A stretch of DNA of 64,000 nt from Cenococcum geophilum (taxonomy: Eukaryota): the NCBI GenBank assembly GCA_050273025.1, contig CP158635.1, forward strand, positions 18,910,001-18,974,000, written 5' to 3'. Within the stretch, counting starts at the first letter, position 1, and each line of letters opens with the position of its first letter. Position numbers and translations under genes: made by a program. Of the stretch, positions 12,507-26,217 are shown piece by piece. A model generated the notes under the pieces. That model was not told the DNA's origin and searched no databases. It was given only the letters and a program-made list of their open reading frames with translations.

Positions 12507-15500
12507 TGTAGCTAGAAGTGTTAGACACATCGTAAGGGCGGCTAAGGCGCTAGTGGTAAGCGAGCCAATGGCGATTTTCCATGCCGGGTATGGAAAATTG
12601 TAATTGGTTAACAGAGGTTATAGGAGAATACGCGATAAGCCTTACCTCTCGCAACGCGTAGATCTTAGAGAATTAATTATCTATCTATAACACCGCATAG
12701 TATATATTATTGTAATATATATATTCTGCACGTTGTAAAAGTTATACTAATACTGATTAGTAAGCGCGCACAGATTAGGAGATACGCACTTACTTAAAAG
12801 ACGTTTACGCTCTACCTTGTAAAGGCCCTATTTTAGTTAAAGAGAATTAAAGTACTCTGGATTTAGAAGACGTCTAACGCTCCACCTTACCCGGAAATAC
12901 CTTAAATCTACCCTGGATTTAGAAGACGTCTAACGCTCTACCTTAACCAGAGATAGACTACTGTACTAGTAGTTAACATAACTATACTAAGAACGCGACC
13001 ACCCCAACTACTACTTAAACTGTCCCTTGAACGACCACTTAAACCATCCCCTAAACTATTTTACGTATCTTCCCTATTTCTTTTAAGATGGCTACACCTA
13101 TAGATTAGAAGGTAGAAATAGAACAATAGAGGAACGGGATTAATATATAAACGGTAACTAGTAAAGACCTTACAGACTTTATACTATTTAAGTTATGGGA
13201 ATACAACAAGTATAAGTTAATAGACAATGGACTTTAGTCCTCCTTCTAAGACGATTTTAAAACATTTAATGTTAATATATTTTTAAAAGTAAATATATAG
13301 CACCTTTAAAGTATATATACCTTCCTACGACACGGAGGAGTATATATACGTATAAAGGAGAAACGTATAATATATGCGCAACTCTTGTTCAAATTAACCC
13401 AGGAAGAACGTTAATATTCCTAGACTTAAGAGAACTTGGATAAGGTATATAATAAGCTAGATAGAAACGGGTTTTAGTTAAACAAAATAAATAATATACT
13501 TAAGCGCGGTCTTAACTATAAAGTATTATAAGACCCAACAGTTTATATAACCCTATTTCAACTATAACAACCATTAAGTGTCTAGACTATAACCCCACCA
13601 CTATCTAAAGGAACACTAGTAGGACCTTTACCGTACGCAACCCTATGACCCTAAACCGCTTCTCTCCTACAGATGCTAACTATACTAGGATAGGGCAAAG
13701 AGATTTCTAACGCAGTAAAGATATATATAGAGGAACTTAAATATAATGGCATAAATAGCAGCTTTAATTATAATCTTACTATCTTTTATAGCATCTGCAG
13801 CTAATCTAATGTTCTATAAGGGGCTTATAATAAAGCTTTACTAATTATATTAACAGGTCTAGCCTTAAACTAGTACTTTAACAGTAGACTTAGTAATCTC
13901 TTATTTAAAGACACTTGTAGGCACCTTCGCAATTTCTTTAAAGGCCCTAGCTTAGAATGTAAGAACCTTAGTAAATGAAATGTAATCTTATTAAGGATGA
14001 TAATGGATAAGAACACAGATAAATCGACTAGTAATTGCCTCTAAATATTAATTAATATACTTTCCTAACTATAGTATGGCCTTACCCCAGAACTATAAAC
14101 AACACTATTCCTAACCAACAAACTTGTTATGTCTTACTAGGGAATTCACGCATACTAATTTGCTGTATCAGACCTACCTTAAGAACTAGGCCCCCTTATT
14201 AACAAACTACAGTCTTTAATTATGGCTTATAAAAAACAGAACCTAAAGTAAGCTTAAACTTAAGCTTACTATACAGATCGTTAGTACTTTAGAAGGGAGA
14301 ATAACTATAATTAGTATTAAAACTATAACTAATATTAAAACCGAACTTATAACCGAAACTATAACCGCGACCGTACCCGCCCTTATTTCTCTCTACGTTA
14401 TAAACTACGTTACTTTATATATAATAAGGAAGGCTACTAATTATAGAACTATACCTAAGAAGAATAAGAAGAGTCTAAAGCTAAGTTCAGAACCGCTAAT
14501 AGAGATAAGTTTAGTAAATTCGACAACTAATTTAATAAACGACTTAATTAATATATTATGGACTACGAAGATAATAATATTAACTTAGAAGAAGAGCTTA
14601 AGGAAGCTTTTTAAGCACTAACTATTAATATAAATTATAAGGTAACCAACAAGAACTCTTAACTAGACATTAACCACTTCTATACCTCTTTTAGCTAAGT
14701 AGAATAGCATAAAGCAACTTCTATAGCTACTACCCTAGCTAATAAAGCCTTTAGCTATTTGGTTATAACTATAGATAATATAATACCTCTTATGACCGAC
14801 TAGGACCCCTTTACCTATAATGCAACTATATTTACGTCCCGCTATACTACAGACTACTTTATAGGCATAATAATTGACATAGAAGCATCTAAACAATCTA
14901 TAGCAGGATATGGCCAATTCCTAGCATTCTAAAGACTTAATACTAGTATATAACTTAATACCACCATATAAGGTATGGTTAATGTATAATTCGGCATTAG
15001 ATTAACCTCATTAATTAAATTAACTAAAGTAACTACCCTAATCGGCATAATCGAGTTTTATATTATTAAAGTTAACACCCCATTTTTGCTCTGCCTGGCA
15101 GATATAGATTAACTATAAGTATACTTTAACAACCTAAAAAATATGCTAATTACCCCTTAGAGCGAAGTACCAGTTATATATCGCTTTAGCTATCTATTCC
15201 TCCTTTAGAACATATCCCTATATAACTACTTAACTATATTATTTAATTAAAACCCTTACTACTTAACTAATATTAAATTAAGATAACTATATCGTTGCTT
15301 CGGCTACCCTTTAGTTAAGCGTCTTATATGAATACTTAAACGCTTAGGGCACGACATTAATAGCAAGACTTTAGACTATCTTATATGTTACTGCCACTAT
15401 TATTAAAAACATAGAAGTCGCCTAGTAGATTCAGATTTACCTTATATAATGATATTAATTTTAACTACTTAATCGTGGTTGATATTATGTATATTAATAG

Positions 15501-18500
15501 CATACCTCTACTGCACATTGTTAATAAAGGAACACGATTTTAAGCTGGTAGATGGCTATAAAGTATTAGCGCCAAGTATATATGGGATATACTACGAATA
15601 TACTAAATTAACATATACCTAGGACCCCTTAATATTATTATACATAACGTAGGTAAGAACTTTATAAGTAAAGAATTTAAACAATACGCTATAATACTTA
15701 GAATAGTTATAAAAGGCGTATCTGTCGAAGCCCACAATTTAGTTAGAATAGTAGAATATTACTATAGCCCCCTCCGTTATATATACCATATTATTATTAT
15801 AAAACTACCGGATATTAATAAAGACATAGCTTTACAAATGGCTTTTAAAGCAATTAACAACTCCGCAGGCCCTAATAGTCTTATACCTACCTTATTAGTA
15901 TTCGGAGCTTACCTATATATAGTGGAATCCAATGTACCCAATCCTACGGTTATAAAACAAGCAGTAGCTCTTAAAAAGGCTATAGAAGAAGTTAAGAAGC
16001 TTAGAGCTAAGTGCTAAGTGGCAGATGCCCTTAACATACGCAACGGACCTAAGATAACCGCGATTTATAACCTACCGCTTAACTTACCTGTATTGGTATA
16101 GAGAGAAGGACCTATAGGCCAACCTAGCTACTAGTCTAGTCCGCATAACCTACTTAGCATTAAAAATAAGACCTATACTATATAACTTCCCTATAGACCC
16201 ACTAACTTCCGCAGCATAGTTGTCAAACTATATATAGTAGACCCCCCCGAAATTACAGAAGATACGCAACTAGAAGATAACAATATTAAACTACCTTTAC
16301 CTCAAACTAAGCCTAAACCTTAACCTTAAACTAAGCCTAGACCTTAACCCGCTAAACGCGGAAGAGGTAAACTACGCAAGTACCCTATTAAAGCAAATAC
16401 CGCGAATATCTTAATTTATCTATAGGATAAGGATAATAATTAACTTATAAATCCTAATTAGTTTATAGTATTACGCCAGAAGGAGATTAAGGGATTACTT
16501 AAGAAAGGAGTTTTTAAATTAGTTAACCCTAAGGATATACAATAAGGCAATAGAGTATTTAACTCTAAATTTATTAATGAGATTAAGAACCCTGGCACTA
16601 ATAAAGCCTTTAAGAAGTTAAGACTAGTTATATAGGCCTATAACAACCTAAAGAAAGACCTTATACTAACCCAATTACCTATAATTTAACGAGTTAGCCA
16701 ACGCCTTATTCTTTATATTACAGCCATAACTTAAAACAATGGTATATATCTCTACTTATAAGACATTTCATAGGCCTATATATAATTAACTACAAAACTA
16801 AACCAAGACTTTTATATTAAAGCACCTCTTAAACTTAGTATAGTACTTAGAGTCTCATAAGGCACAATTCTAAAGGTCGTTAGACCTTTATACGGCATTC
16901 CTAAGGCGGGCAATTATTAGTTTAAGACTTACTATAACCACTATATTAAAGAACTAAATATAAGCTAATCTACTTATAACCCCTACCTACTTTACCTTAA
17001 TAATACTATAAGTTTCGGAATAGTTGGTTTATAAATTAATAACACCCTCTTACTAGCTAACTTAGTTTTTATAGCTTCGGAATAAAAGAAGATTAAAAAA
17101 GCTAAGTTCCTAATTAAAGAACGCGAGTAACTTATACCGGAACACCTAATTAAGTTTAATAGAGGCATTGTCCAACAATAGGATTATATAATCACGCTTA
17201 TATAAAAGCGCTAATACCAGAACTTAACCATTATTAATATTAAGGAAGCTACTATAATAACTAGTTCCAGAGACACTATTTATATAGCACTTACACCTAA
17301 GGACTAATATATTGCCTAATAAGTAAGAGGAGCTTATATTACGTCCGTATGCCAGCCTAAAGCTTCTTTTAATTTATCCTACGCTGCCTAGGTAATTAAC
17401 CCTAATAAGAAAAACGCAAAACTACTTAATAAGAGAATTTAGTGGCAAATTAAGAACTTAATAAGAGGCTTAAGCTTTATTAAACTTGACATAAAGATAC
17501 TTTAACTACTTATATTTACTAATTCCTTATTCGCAAATAATAAAGACCTCTTATTATAGATTGGATATATTCTAGTACTAGCAGACTTATTAAATAAGGC
17601 GAATATTGTCTACTAGTCCTTAGTTAAGTATAAGAGAATCACTAAAAGCGTACTAGCCTCCAAATTATATGCTATGGCCTATAGTTTTAACATTGGCGCT
17701 GTAATTAAGGCTATAATCAAATTATAACTTAACATTAGCCTCCCGCTTATTCTTTACACTAATTCTAAGTTAATTTATAAATACCTTGTTAAACTAGGAA
17801 CTATATAAGAGAAGAGACTTATAATTAATGTTATGTACCTACGCTAGTTATATAAAAGACGCGAAATAGCAAAAGTTAAATAGATTAACGGAGATAGTAA
17901 CCCTATAGACGCTATAACTAAAAGCAAACCATTATTAGCCCTTAAGTGACTTATTAACACAAACCAAATTAAATTAAAGATAGTGGAATGGGTAAAACGC
18001 ACTATATTAGTAACCTAGTCAATTAACGTATAAATATAGTAAAGAGGGTATATACAATCTCTATATCACGTAACTACAATCTACAGCAATCTGCGGCAAC
18101 CTATAGCAATCTACCTACACCTATAACACTACCTAGTACTATTATAACCTATACTATAACAGCAAGGAAAGAAGAAAGGAGAAGTGCGTATATAGATTTT
18201 TAAATTGCACAGTTATAGAATACCGGATCTTCACGTTTTCTAAAGTATTCCTAGTATAGCTAGAAGTATTAAACACATCATAAGGGCGGCTAAGGCGCTA
18301 GTGGTAAGCGAGCCAACGGCGATTTTCCATACCGGGTATAGAAAATCGTAATTAGTTAACAGAGGTCACAGGAGAACACGCGATAAGCCTTACCTCTCGC
18401 GACGCGTAGATCTTAGAGAATTAATCATCCATCTACAACACCGCATAGTATATATCATTGTGATATATATATTCTGCACGTTATAAAAGTTATACTAACA
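12507..18500 (+). mobile_element. Full-length RIP-degraded Ty1/Copia retrotransposon with 246-bp LTRs (12507-12752, 18255-18500) and TSD CTATC
   Basis: Paired LTRs; CTATC at 12502-12506 and 18501-18505. Motifs include CFICxKxGC, GIIIDxxAS, LHRRFGHP, RPLYGIPEAG and NPADAMTK-like. Confidence 0.93.
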
Positions 18501-18867
18501 CTATCCTATAACCTAATTAATCTTTAGATTATATTTCTATAACTAAGGCATTCTTAATACTGCCTTATCCTATCCTAATAGTAGGATATTAAAAGACATC
18601 TTAATTAGTCTTTCTTTAATAGTTATCTAAATAGGTCCTATTTTAAGATTAATAATGCCTCCTTTATAGGCTATTAGATCTCCTAAAATTATAACTAATA
18701 AATAAGGGTGCTTCTTTTATCTATACGGTAGCCCCCTTTTTTTTACTACTACTAGTAAGATATGGTTTCTTATTACTCCACAATCTATTAATACTTTAAA
18801 CTGTTAATCTTGCCAATTAACTTATAAATTTAGGTATTGTCCTTAAATCCCTTTAAAGGTTTAAGGC

Positions 18868-21800
18868 TGTAACCGACTACTAGTGCTTTGCTAAGCCTAC
18901 CCTTAACTCACTCAACGACTCGCTCACCTTAACTCGTTCACCGACTCGAGCCACCAACTCAACCACTGACTCGGTCAATGACTCGGTCAATTGCTCCTTT
19001 CTTATCTTATTATCTATACCTTCCTTATGTATATATATGGACATGTCTATATAGCTAAGCGAGCACTGCAGCAGCACCCCTGCATCTTAGCAACACTAAC
19101 ATTATCAACATTCACAAAATTGAGCCTTGCTTGCTTGCTTTCTATATTAGTCTTATTTAAGAGCTAATGCCTTATTTACTCAATTTCTAATAATTAATTA
19201 TTACTGTTAATAACTTAACGACCTATACGCTCGTCTAAACCTTCGCAAATTATCCGTAAAAACTTTAAAAACTTAACTAATAACAACACACTTAACGAGC
19301 TAAACTCCTTAAAGGTTACCTACCAATCTCCCTTACCTTCCCCTATACCTTTAGGCGATACGCTAGCGTCACAGTCTCTATCCTCTATAATGGCGCCTCT
19401 CTCCGCGGCTTAACATAAGACTTTAGCCGCTAAAAAAGCTAAAGAACGGCTCTAGTAACTACACGAGGAGGACCTAAGGATTAGAAGAGCTTAGGTAAAG
19501 GAGGTTAAAGACTAGGCAACTAACTAGAAAATAAGACTTCTTTAGGAATAGAAGGACCGTACTAAAATACTACGTGTCTAAAAAGAATAGGAAGATTAGG
19601 CAACTAAACTCTATATATTAAGCCTTACTATAGTAATAGCGAGATTAGCTACAGTAGTGTTATCCTTAACCCTAATTAATAAACTAGGTAAGTTGCTCCC
19701 ATCTATAGCTAATATTTTAAATACTTTTCTCTCTGGCGTCCCGAATAAAGAGATACTTAAGGTATTTTAGGGTACTTTCTTGCTTAATAACCTCTCTCGC
19801 CTCCGGATATACTAGCTCTAGTCTAAGCCTTAAAATAATATCCTTATTATTAACAGTATCCTTTCTATAAGACTAAAAAAAGGGATAATAAAGAACTACC
19901 CGTCCGTTAAAGTATAGGTAAAGGGCTTCCTTAACTATATAATAATTTTAATTATTATATATAAGAATCTTTCGGTAGATCTTATTCCCTAAATACTTAC
20001 CTTCTATAATTAAGTTATCTGGCTATCTACTACCTACCAAATTACTCCCTTAATAACTATAGCCTTAGAGCACTACTCTATAGTTATTTAAAAGAACTAG
20101 TTAGAGCTAGCCAACTAGAAGATCTCTAGTAACTTTTTGGATATCTATTATAATCTTAGTACTTATAAATCCGCATTTATCTTAAAACGCGTATAAGTAA
20201 GCACTAATATCTTAAGGACCTATTATAGCTTTAATAGAGGGAAGTATAACCTAGGCAAGGATTGCAAGTTCCCGCATACCTATAGTAAGTATGGTGGCCC
20301 ACATACTATAAGAAATTATAAGTAGTAATTACTAGAGGAAAGTGTTAATAAGGGAAAGAAAGAGGAGAAAGAGGATTTTATTAAGCTATACCTACACTCC
20401 ACTAAAACTATACTCTACCCTTATAGTACGGGTAGGCTAAATACTATACTATTATTTCTAGTCTTCCTACCCTCCTCTCCTCTACAGGACTCTCCCTCCC
20501 CCTTAATTATTTAAGCGTAGGGGCATTATCTATCCTTATACCCTAGTAACCTCTAACGCAATATTATTAGTATCTTAAAGTTTAAATACCAAATTAAGGC
20601 AGACCTAGAAATTAAGCTCCTCTCCTAAAAGAACTAAGCCTTAATAGCCGTAAATACGGTCCTAATCTTAAAGAAGATTAGCGCTAATTTAAATATAGGT
20701 AGGATTATAATAGCAATATCTCCTATTATATCCTCACTATTAGGTTTAGTACCTAAAGCGGATAAAAAATAGCGCCGTATTTATAACTTATCCTTACTAT
20801 CTAGCCAATCTGTTAACGACTTAATCCCTATAGCATTCGCCATACTATAATATTTAACAGTTAATTAGGTTCTTTAATACGTTATATATATAGGCCATAG
20901 TTATATAATTATTAAGAGGGATATTAAGGACGCCTTTTTAGAATATTCCACTTTTTATTAAAGCTTAATACCTTATAGGGTTCTCCTAGAAGGGTATAGT
21001 ATATTTTAAACGTTGCCTTTTATTTAGCCTTTAAACTACACCCTTTTTATTTAATCTTTTTGCGGAGGGATTTTACTAAATACTTATCTAATATATCCTA
21101 AACGCCGCCTTAAAGCACTATCTAGATAACTTTATCTTTATACTCTCTAACGCTTCTATTCTCCCTTAATTACTTAATATATATAACTAATTAAGTAATA
21201 AATTAGGCATCCTATAAAACAAATTAAAGAATATTAAAGGCACTACGGCTAAAGTCCTAAGTTATATTATAGATACTCTAAAGTCTAAGCTACGTCTTTC
21301 TCCTTTAAAACAGGCCACTACGATTAAGGAGATTAATAAAGCGTTAAGTGGTAGATCCCTAACGCTAGTTTAGAGTTAAAAACTGGCTAGTAGACTCGCT
21401 TAGAGTGCCTAGGTAATTAGGCTTAGGCGTTTATATAACCACTCTATCTAGGAGTTTATCTCCACTTTTATAAAGGTAGGTAGTTATCCTTACTAACAGC
21501 TAACAGCTAAACTTCGCCAAGACTTATTATGGTAGAGGGATACTCTTACCCTTTTAAATAGTATTCTCTTCTTTAATAATATAGATTAAAAATAATTCTA
21601 TCTTTTTTTAGATATATCTAGGATTCTTAGTTACAGGGCCTTCTTCTTCCTTAAGGATTCTTAAGGGATAATATAGCCGCCCTATTTGGTATCTCTACCC
21701 TAAGATAATTCTTTAAGCTACTACCCTAATATAGAACACCGCCTTACCCTAATTAATAAGTAGGAGGTCCGAGCAATTATAACCTCGTTTTAGCTCTAGG

Positions 21801-23847
21801 TAATATAGTAGGAGTATAGCTTAGTCTATATCTATATAGATAACACAGTAGCACTCTTAGGATTTTAAAATATAGTGGTAAAAGAACTAGGTAATTACCC
21901 GCTCCATAAAATCCTTTAACTAGCCGCAGCCTATAATATTACGCTCTATACAGAGTAGGTTTCCTCTATAGAAAACGGGCTAGCTAATACTCTATCTCGT
22001 TTTAATCGTAATAGGGTATTATTATTATGCCCGCATTAGGATACTTCTAATTTACCATTACTATACACTTCTTTATTACATTTAATCTAACGCTAAAATA
22101 GAAAACCTAGTCCCTCTTAAAGACCCCCTACCTAATTTCTAGATTAAGGTAAAAGCCCCCTTAGAATACTTCGGCTAACTATTATAGCATAGCCTCTCCA
22201 ATAGAACGAGAGATTTATACTATCCCGTAATTAAGAGTTAGAAAAGCTACTACAACCTTTATAAAGCGGTAAAGTACCTAGCACCCCTTTACTACCTAGG
22301 AGAATAGATTACTTAACAGATCTTCAGTAATACTAGTCTAGAAATAAGCCGTATTAAGCCTACTATAGTTAGAGCCTATATCTCCGTAATTTAATCCCAC
22401 TATATTAACACTAATTATAATACCTCCGTCTTTAATAATCCTATTATTAAGAGGATCCTAGACGGTGTAATATCTATAAATCCCTCTACTACGGCTAAAA
22501 GATTGCTAATTACCAAAGATATCCTCGCCTAATTAGTTACCCTAAATGCCTAATCTATTAAGAATCTTAACTTTAACGCCGCCGTTACTATGGCCTTTAT
22601 AGGATTCCTTTATCTAGGCGAGATTACCTATACTAAGGCTTAGAAAGATAGCTACGCCTTTTCTGCTATAAAATATACTAAAAACAATATAACGCTAGCA
22701 GAGGACTATATAATATTACGTCTAAAGCGTAGTAAAACGGACGTTAATTACTAAAGAGTCTTAATTATAATTACCGCTTTAGGGCAACTTAAATGCGTAG
22801 TTCGAGCTATAAAACACCTATTTAAAAATAACCCCTAACCCGGAAACACCCCTCTCTTTTACTTTAAGAGATTAGCCTTTATAAGCTACGCGGTTAGGAA
22901 TAAGCTAAAGTATAAAGTTACCGCTCTTAGCCTCTACTCTAAGCTCTATAATAGACACTTGTTTTAAAAAGGTACTACTTAATACGCTTAAGATAACGGT
23001 TTTATAGACAGCCAAATATAGTAACTAGGCTAGTAGTCCTCACAAGCGTTCTAGCTTTACTATTTATTATCCCTAAAAGACCTATTCCGGCTAAGTATAA
23101 ACTTTTAATATAAAACGCTAATACCGTTCTTATTATTACTCGCCCTAGATACAATAGGCAAAGGTATTTAGGCATAATAGCGTGTAGGAGTACCTATTTT
23201 GGCACTCTAATATATTAACTTAAATCTCTCCTTTCCCCCCCTTTTTTATTTTTTATTTTTTCTTCCCCCTACTCTACCTTATATAGTACAGGCGCTACGC
23301 TTCTAGGTCTATAGGTATTACGTTTAGTTAAGGTAGGGTAATCCCCTATAAATGGCCTTGTGAATATACCCATTCTTAATTAATGCCTTTAAGCCCGTAC
23401 CTACTAATTAGATTAATTAATCCTCTTTTCCGCAAGCGTGTAAATAATAGATAGATATATTTATATAGCTAAGCAAGCACTATAGCAGCACCCCTATATC
23501 TTAGTAATACTAACATTATTAACATTTACAAAATTAAGCCTTACTTGCTTGCTTTCCCTCCCACCTATACCTTTTTCTTTAGTTGTATATTTTGGGCTTT
23601 ATAAATAGATACTATAGCGATATGCTTGCGCACGGGTCCATGGGCATTACGTTTAGTCAAGGTAGGGCAATCCCCTGTAAATGGCCTTGCGAATATACCC
23701 ATTCTTAATTAATGCCTTTGAGCCCGTACCCACCAATTAGATTAATTAATCCTCTTCTCCGCAAGCGTGTGAATAATAGATAGACCCTTTAGACCTCCAT
23801 TTACAATCAAGTCGCTTACTTAATTCCTTTACACTGTAAAGCTTACA
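18868..23847. repeat. Solo LTR (~240 bp, TGTAA...TTACA, TSD AAGGC) split by the Ngaro insertion into 18868-19042 and 23786-23847
   Basis: AAGGC at 18863-18867 and 23848-23852; inverted termini. Confidence 0.8.
19043..23785 (+). mobile_element. Ngaro-type (DIRS order) tyrosine-recombinase retrotransposon, structurally complete, RIP-inactivated
   Basis: Split direct repeats A1 19043-19142, B1 23306-23456, A2 23457-23556, B2 23635-23785. Gag CCCH-like finger (~20220-20310), RT (~20500-21400), RNaseH ENGLAxxLSRF (~21970), YR motifs RLKRSKTD (~22720) and GHSFRKG-like (~22955). Confidence 0.92.
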
Positions 23848-26217
23848 AAGGCTCTACTATTAGCTCCCTTTAGTTTTATAGGCCTCTACTTTTCCTAATT
23901 ATTAGCTACTAAATTCTTATATACTTAGCTTATTCTTTAGCTAATACCTAATTCGCTTTTTATCCTTAATATACTATAAACATGTATTTTCTAGGCATTC
24001 CCACTACTATTATCCGTCTAAGTATTCTTCTATAAAAAATCTTTTTAGTTAAAGTATTAAGTTATTTAACTCCTAAACTTTTACTAGATGCTAGCTATAT
24101 ATATACTTAGTATTTCTATATTATTACTTATCTAGCGCCTAATATATCCTAGTTAAGTATTTCTAATTCTTTTATTTTAAGTTCTTATATATATCGTATA
24201 TATTATCTATATATGCAATCTATACTAATATATAATACGCTAGGTGCCTTAGGTTAACTCTTAGCTTATTTCCGTTCTTAAGTTTAAACCTCTATTTAGC
24301 TAATCTAAATACTAGTTTTTTATTTATAGGCACTAAGATATATTTTTCTTATCTCTAGTCTTCTAATCCTTCTTCTAGATTTTTAGACGTTATAATTAAT
24401 ACTCCTTTAATATAACTTATACGTCTTTTTATAATTAGTTTTAGACAACTCTTTAGTTTAGCTATAAGTAAAAATCTTTCTAATTATTATTATATTGCTA
24501 TTTACACTACTTCTAATATAGCTCTATAAGCGTATACAATCTATTTATAAGGAAATATCTTATTATTACTGCTTTATAACAGCCCTTTATATACTATTCT
24601 TTAAATCTAGTTAGAACCCCTAGGTTCTTTTCTTACTCCAATTCTTTAAACTACTTTACTCTTAGCGTGCCTACTCTAGGCCTATTAGTAACTTTTTTTA
24701 AGGCTACTTTTAGTTTACCTAGTATCTTTAATCTATAGTAACCTCTTTATTCTTACTAGGCTTTAACTTAGTTCTTAAATCCTTTTTAGTTTTCTCCTAG
24801 TTTGCGTCTAGCTATTAAATCCTCTATATTTTAGAATCTTATAACTCTAGTATTAATTGTCTAATTTTAAGGCTAAATATCTTATTTACCTATTATGGGT
24901 ACTTCTAGTCCTAAACTTACTTCTTTTCTAAGCTAAACTCCTACCTTAGTCTATTTAGGCTCTTTTAGTATTTACTAATTAGCTTCTTATACCTCTATTA
25001 TAGGGAATTATTATCTTATACTTATTTATTTATCGCTAAAATAAGCTACTACTCTACTTTATTAGTTTTTATTTGTTATAGTCCTTAAGCTTATCTTATT
25101 CCTTCTTAGGAATCTTAAGTATCTCTTATCGCTTTTTAAGGATTTTAAGCCTATAGCCTTTTGCCTTTATTAAGTGCCAAAATAGCTCGCTATCCTACTT
25201 CTCTTACATCTTATAAAGTAATAAATATCGCGTTTAATAGAGTTTCTATCCCTATTGCTAATCCTTCCCCTATAGTAGATTTAATCTCTACTTTTATTAT
25301 TACGTCCTTAAGGTCTATATACTTTTAGTAAGCTACTTTTATTACCTTATCGTCATTACTAATAGTCTAATTATTTTAATCCTTGGATCCTATTACTTTA
25401 TAGAACTGGTATATAAGAAACTTCTCAGCTAACTACTAGCTTACTATGCCGTTTTAATCCTAATCTAGTTTATAAAGTTAATTTAGTTTTTTATCTAACT
25501 CTTTTATACCCTAAAGTTCTCTTAACTTAGGCTCTTATAGCTAATAGCTTATACTATACTTGGCGTCCTTATAAACTTAGTATACGTTATTATAATAAAA
25601 CGCGAAACTTTTAATTAAACACTCTTTTATTTCTTATAGCGTATTATTATTCCTTTATATATATATACCGTCTGCTAGTCTTATTCCCTTTACTATATAG
25701 TTACTTTAACCATCCCTATAGTTTTTAGTGAATAACCCTATTTTCTATAGTTTATATAAGCTCCTTCTTTATACCACTTTTTTGCTATAAAGTCCGCCTA
25801 AATATCCTCTACTACTAAGATCCCTAGTTTAGCCCCCATGCCTTAGATCTTTAATTACTTAATCCTTATCCTCTAGGTTTCTATAGTCGTCTATTCTTAT
25901 ATTTTTTAGTACTACTTAGGTCTATTAGCTCTATACTATACTATAGTCTAAATACCTATTAGTATATCTTCTTTATATACGTTAGTCTCTATTATATTTT
26001 GCCTATTTTTTCGCTCCAGTATAGTTAGTTATCTACCTTAATAGCTTACTCTATAAGTTCTATTATATTACTTAGATTATCTATTAATATTATAGTTACT
26101 TAAACTTTAGCCTTTAGTCCCCTTCTATACTAAGCTATTAACGCCCCTTAGTTCCACTTAGTCTATACTACTAGTATTTAAACCTGCGTTATATATCTAT
26201 TGCTAATTCTTTTTATA

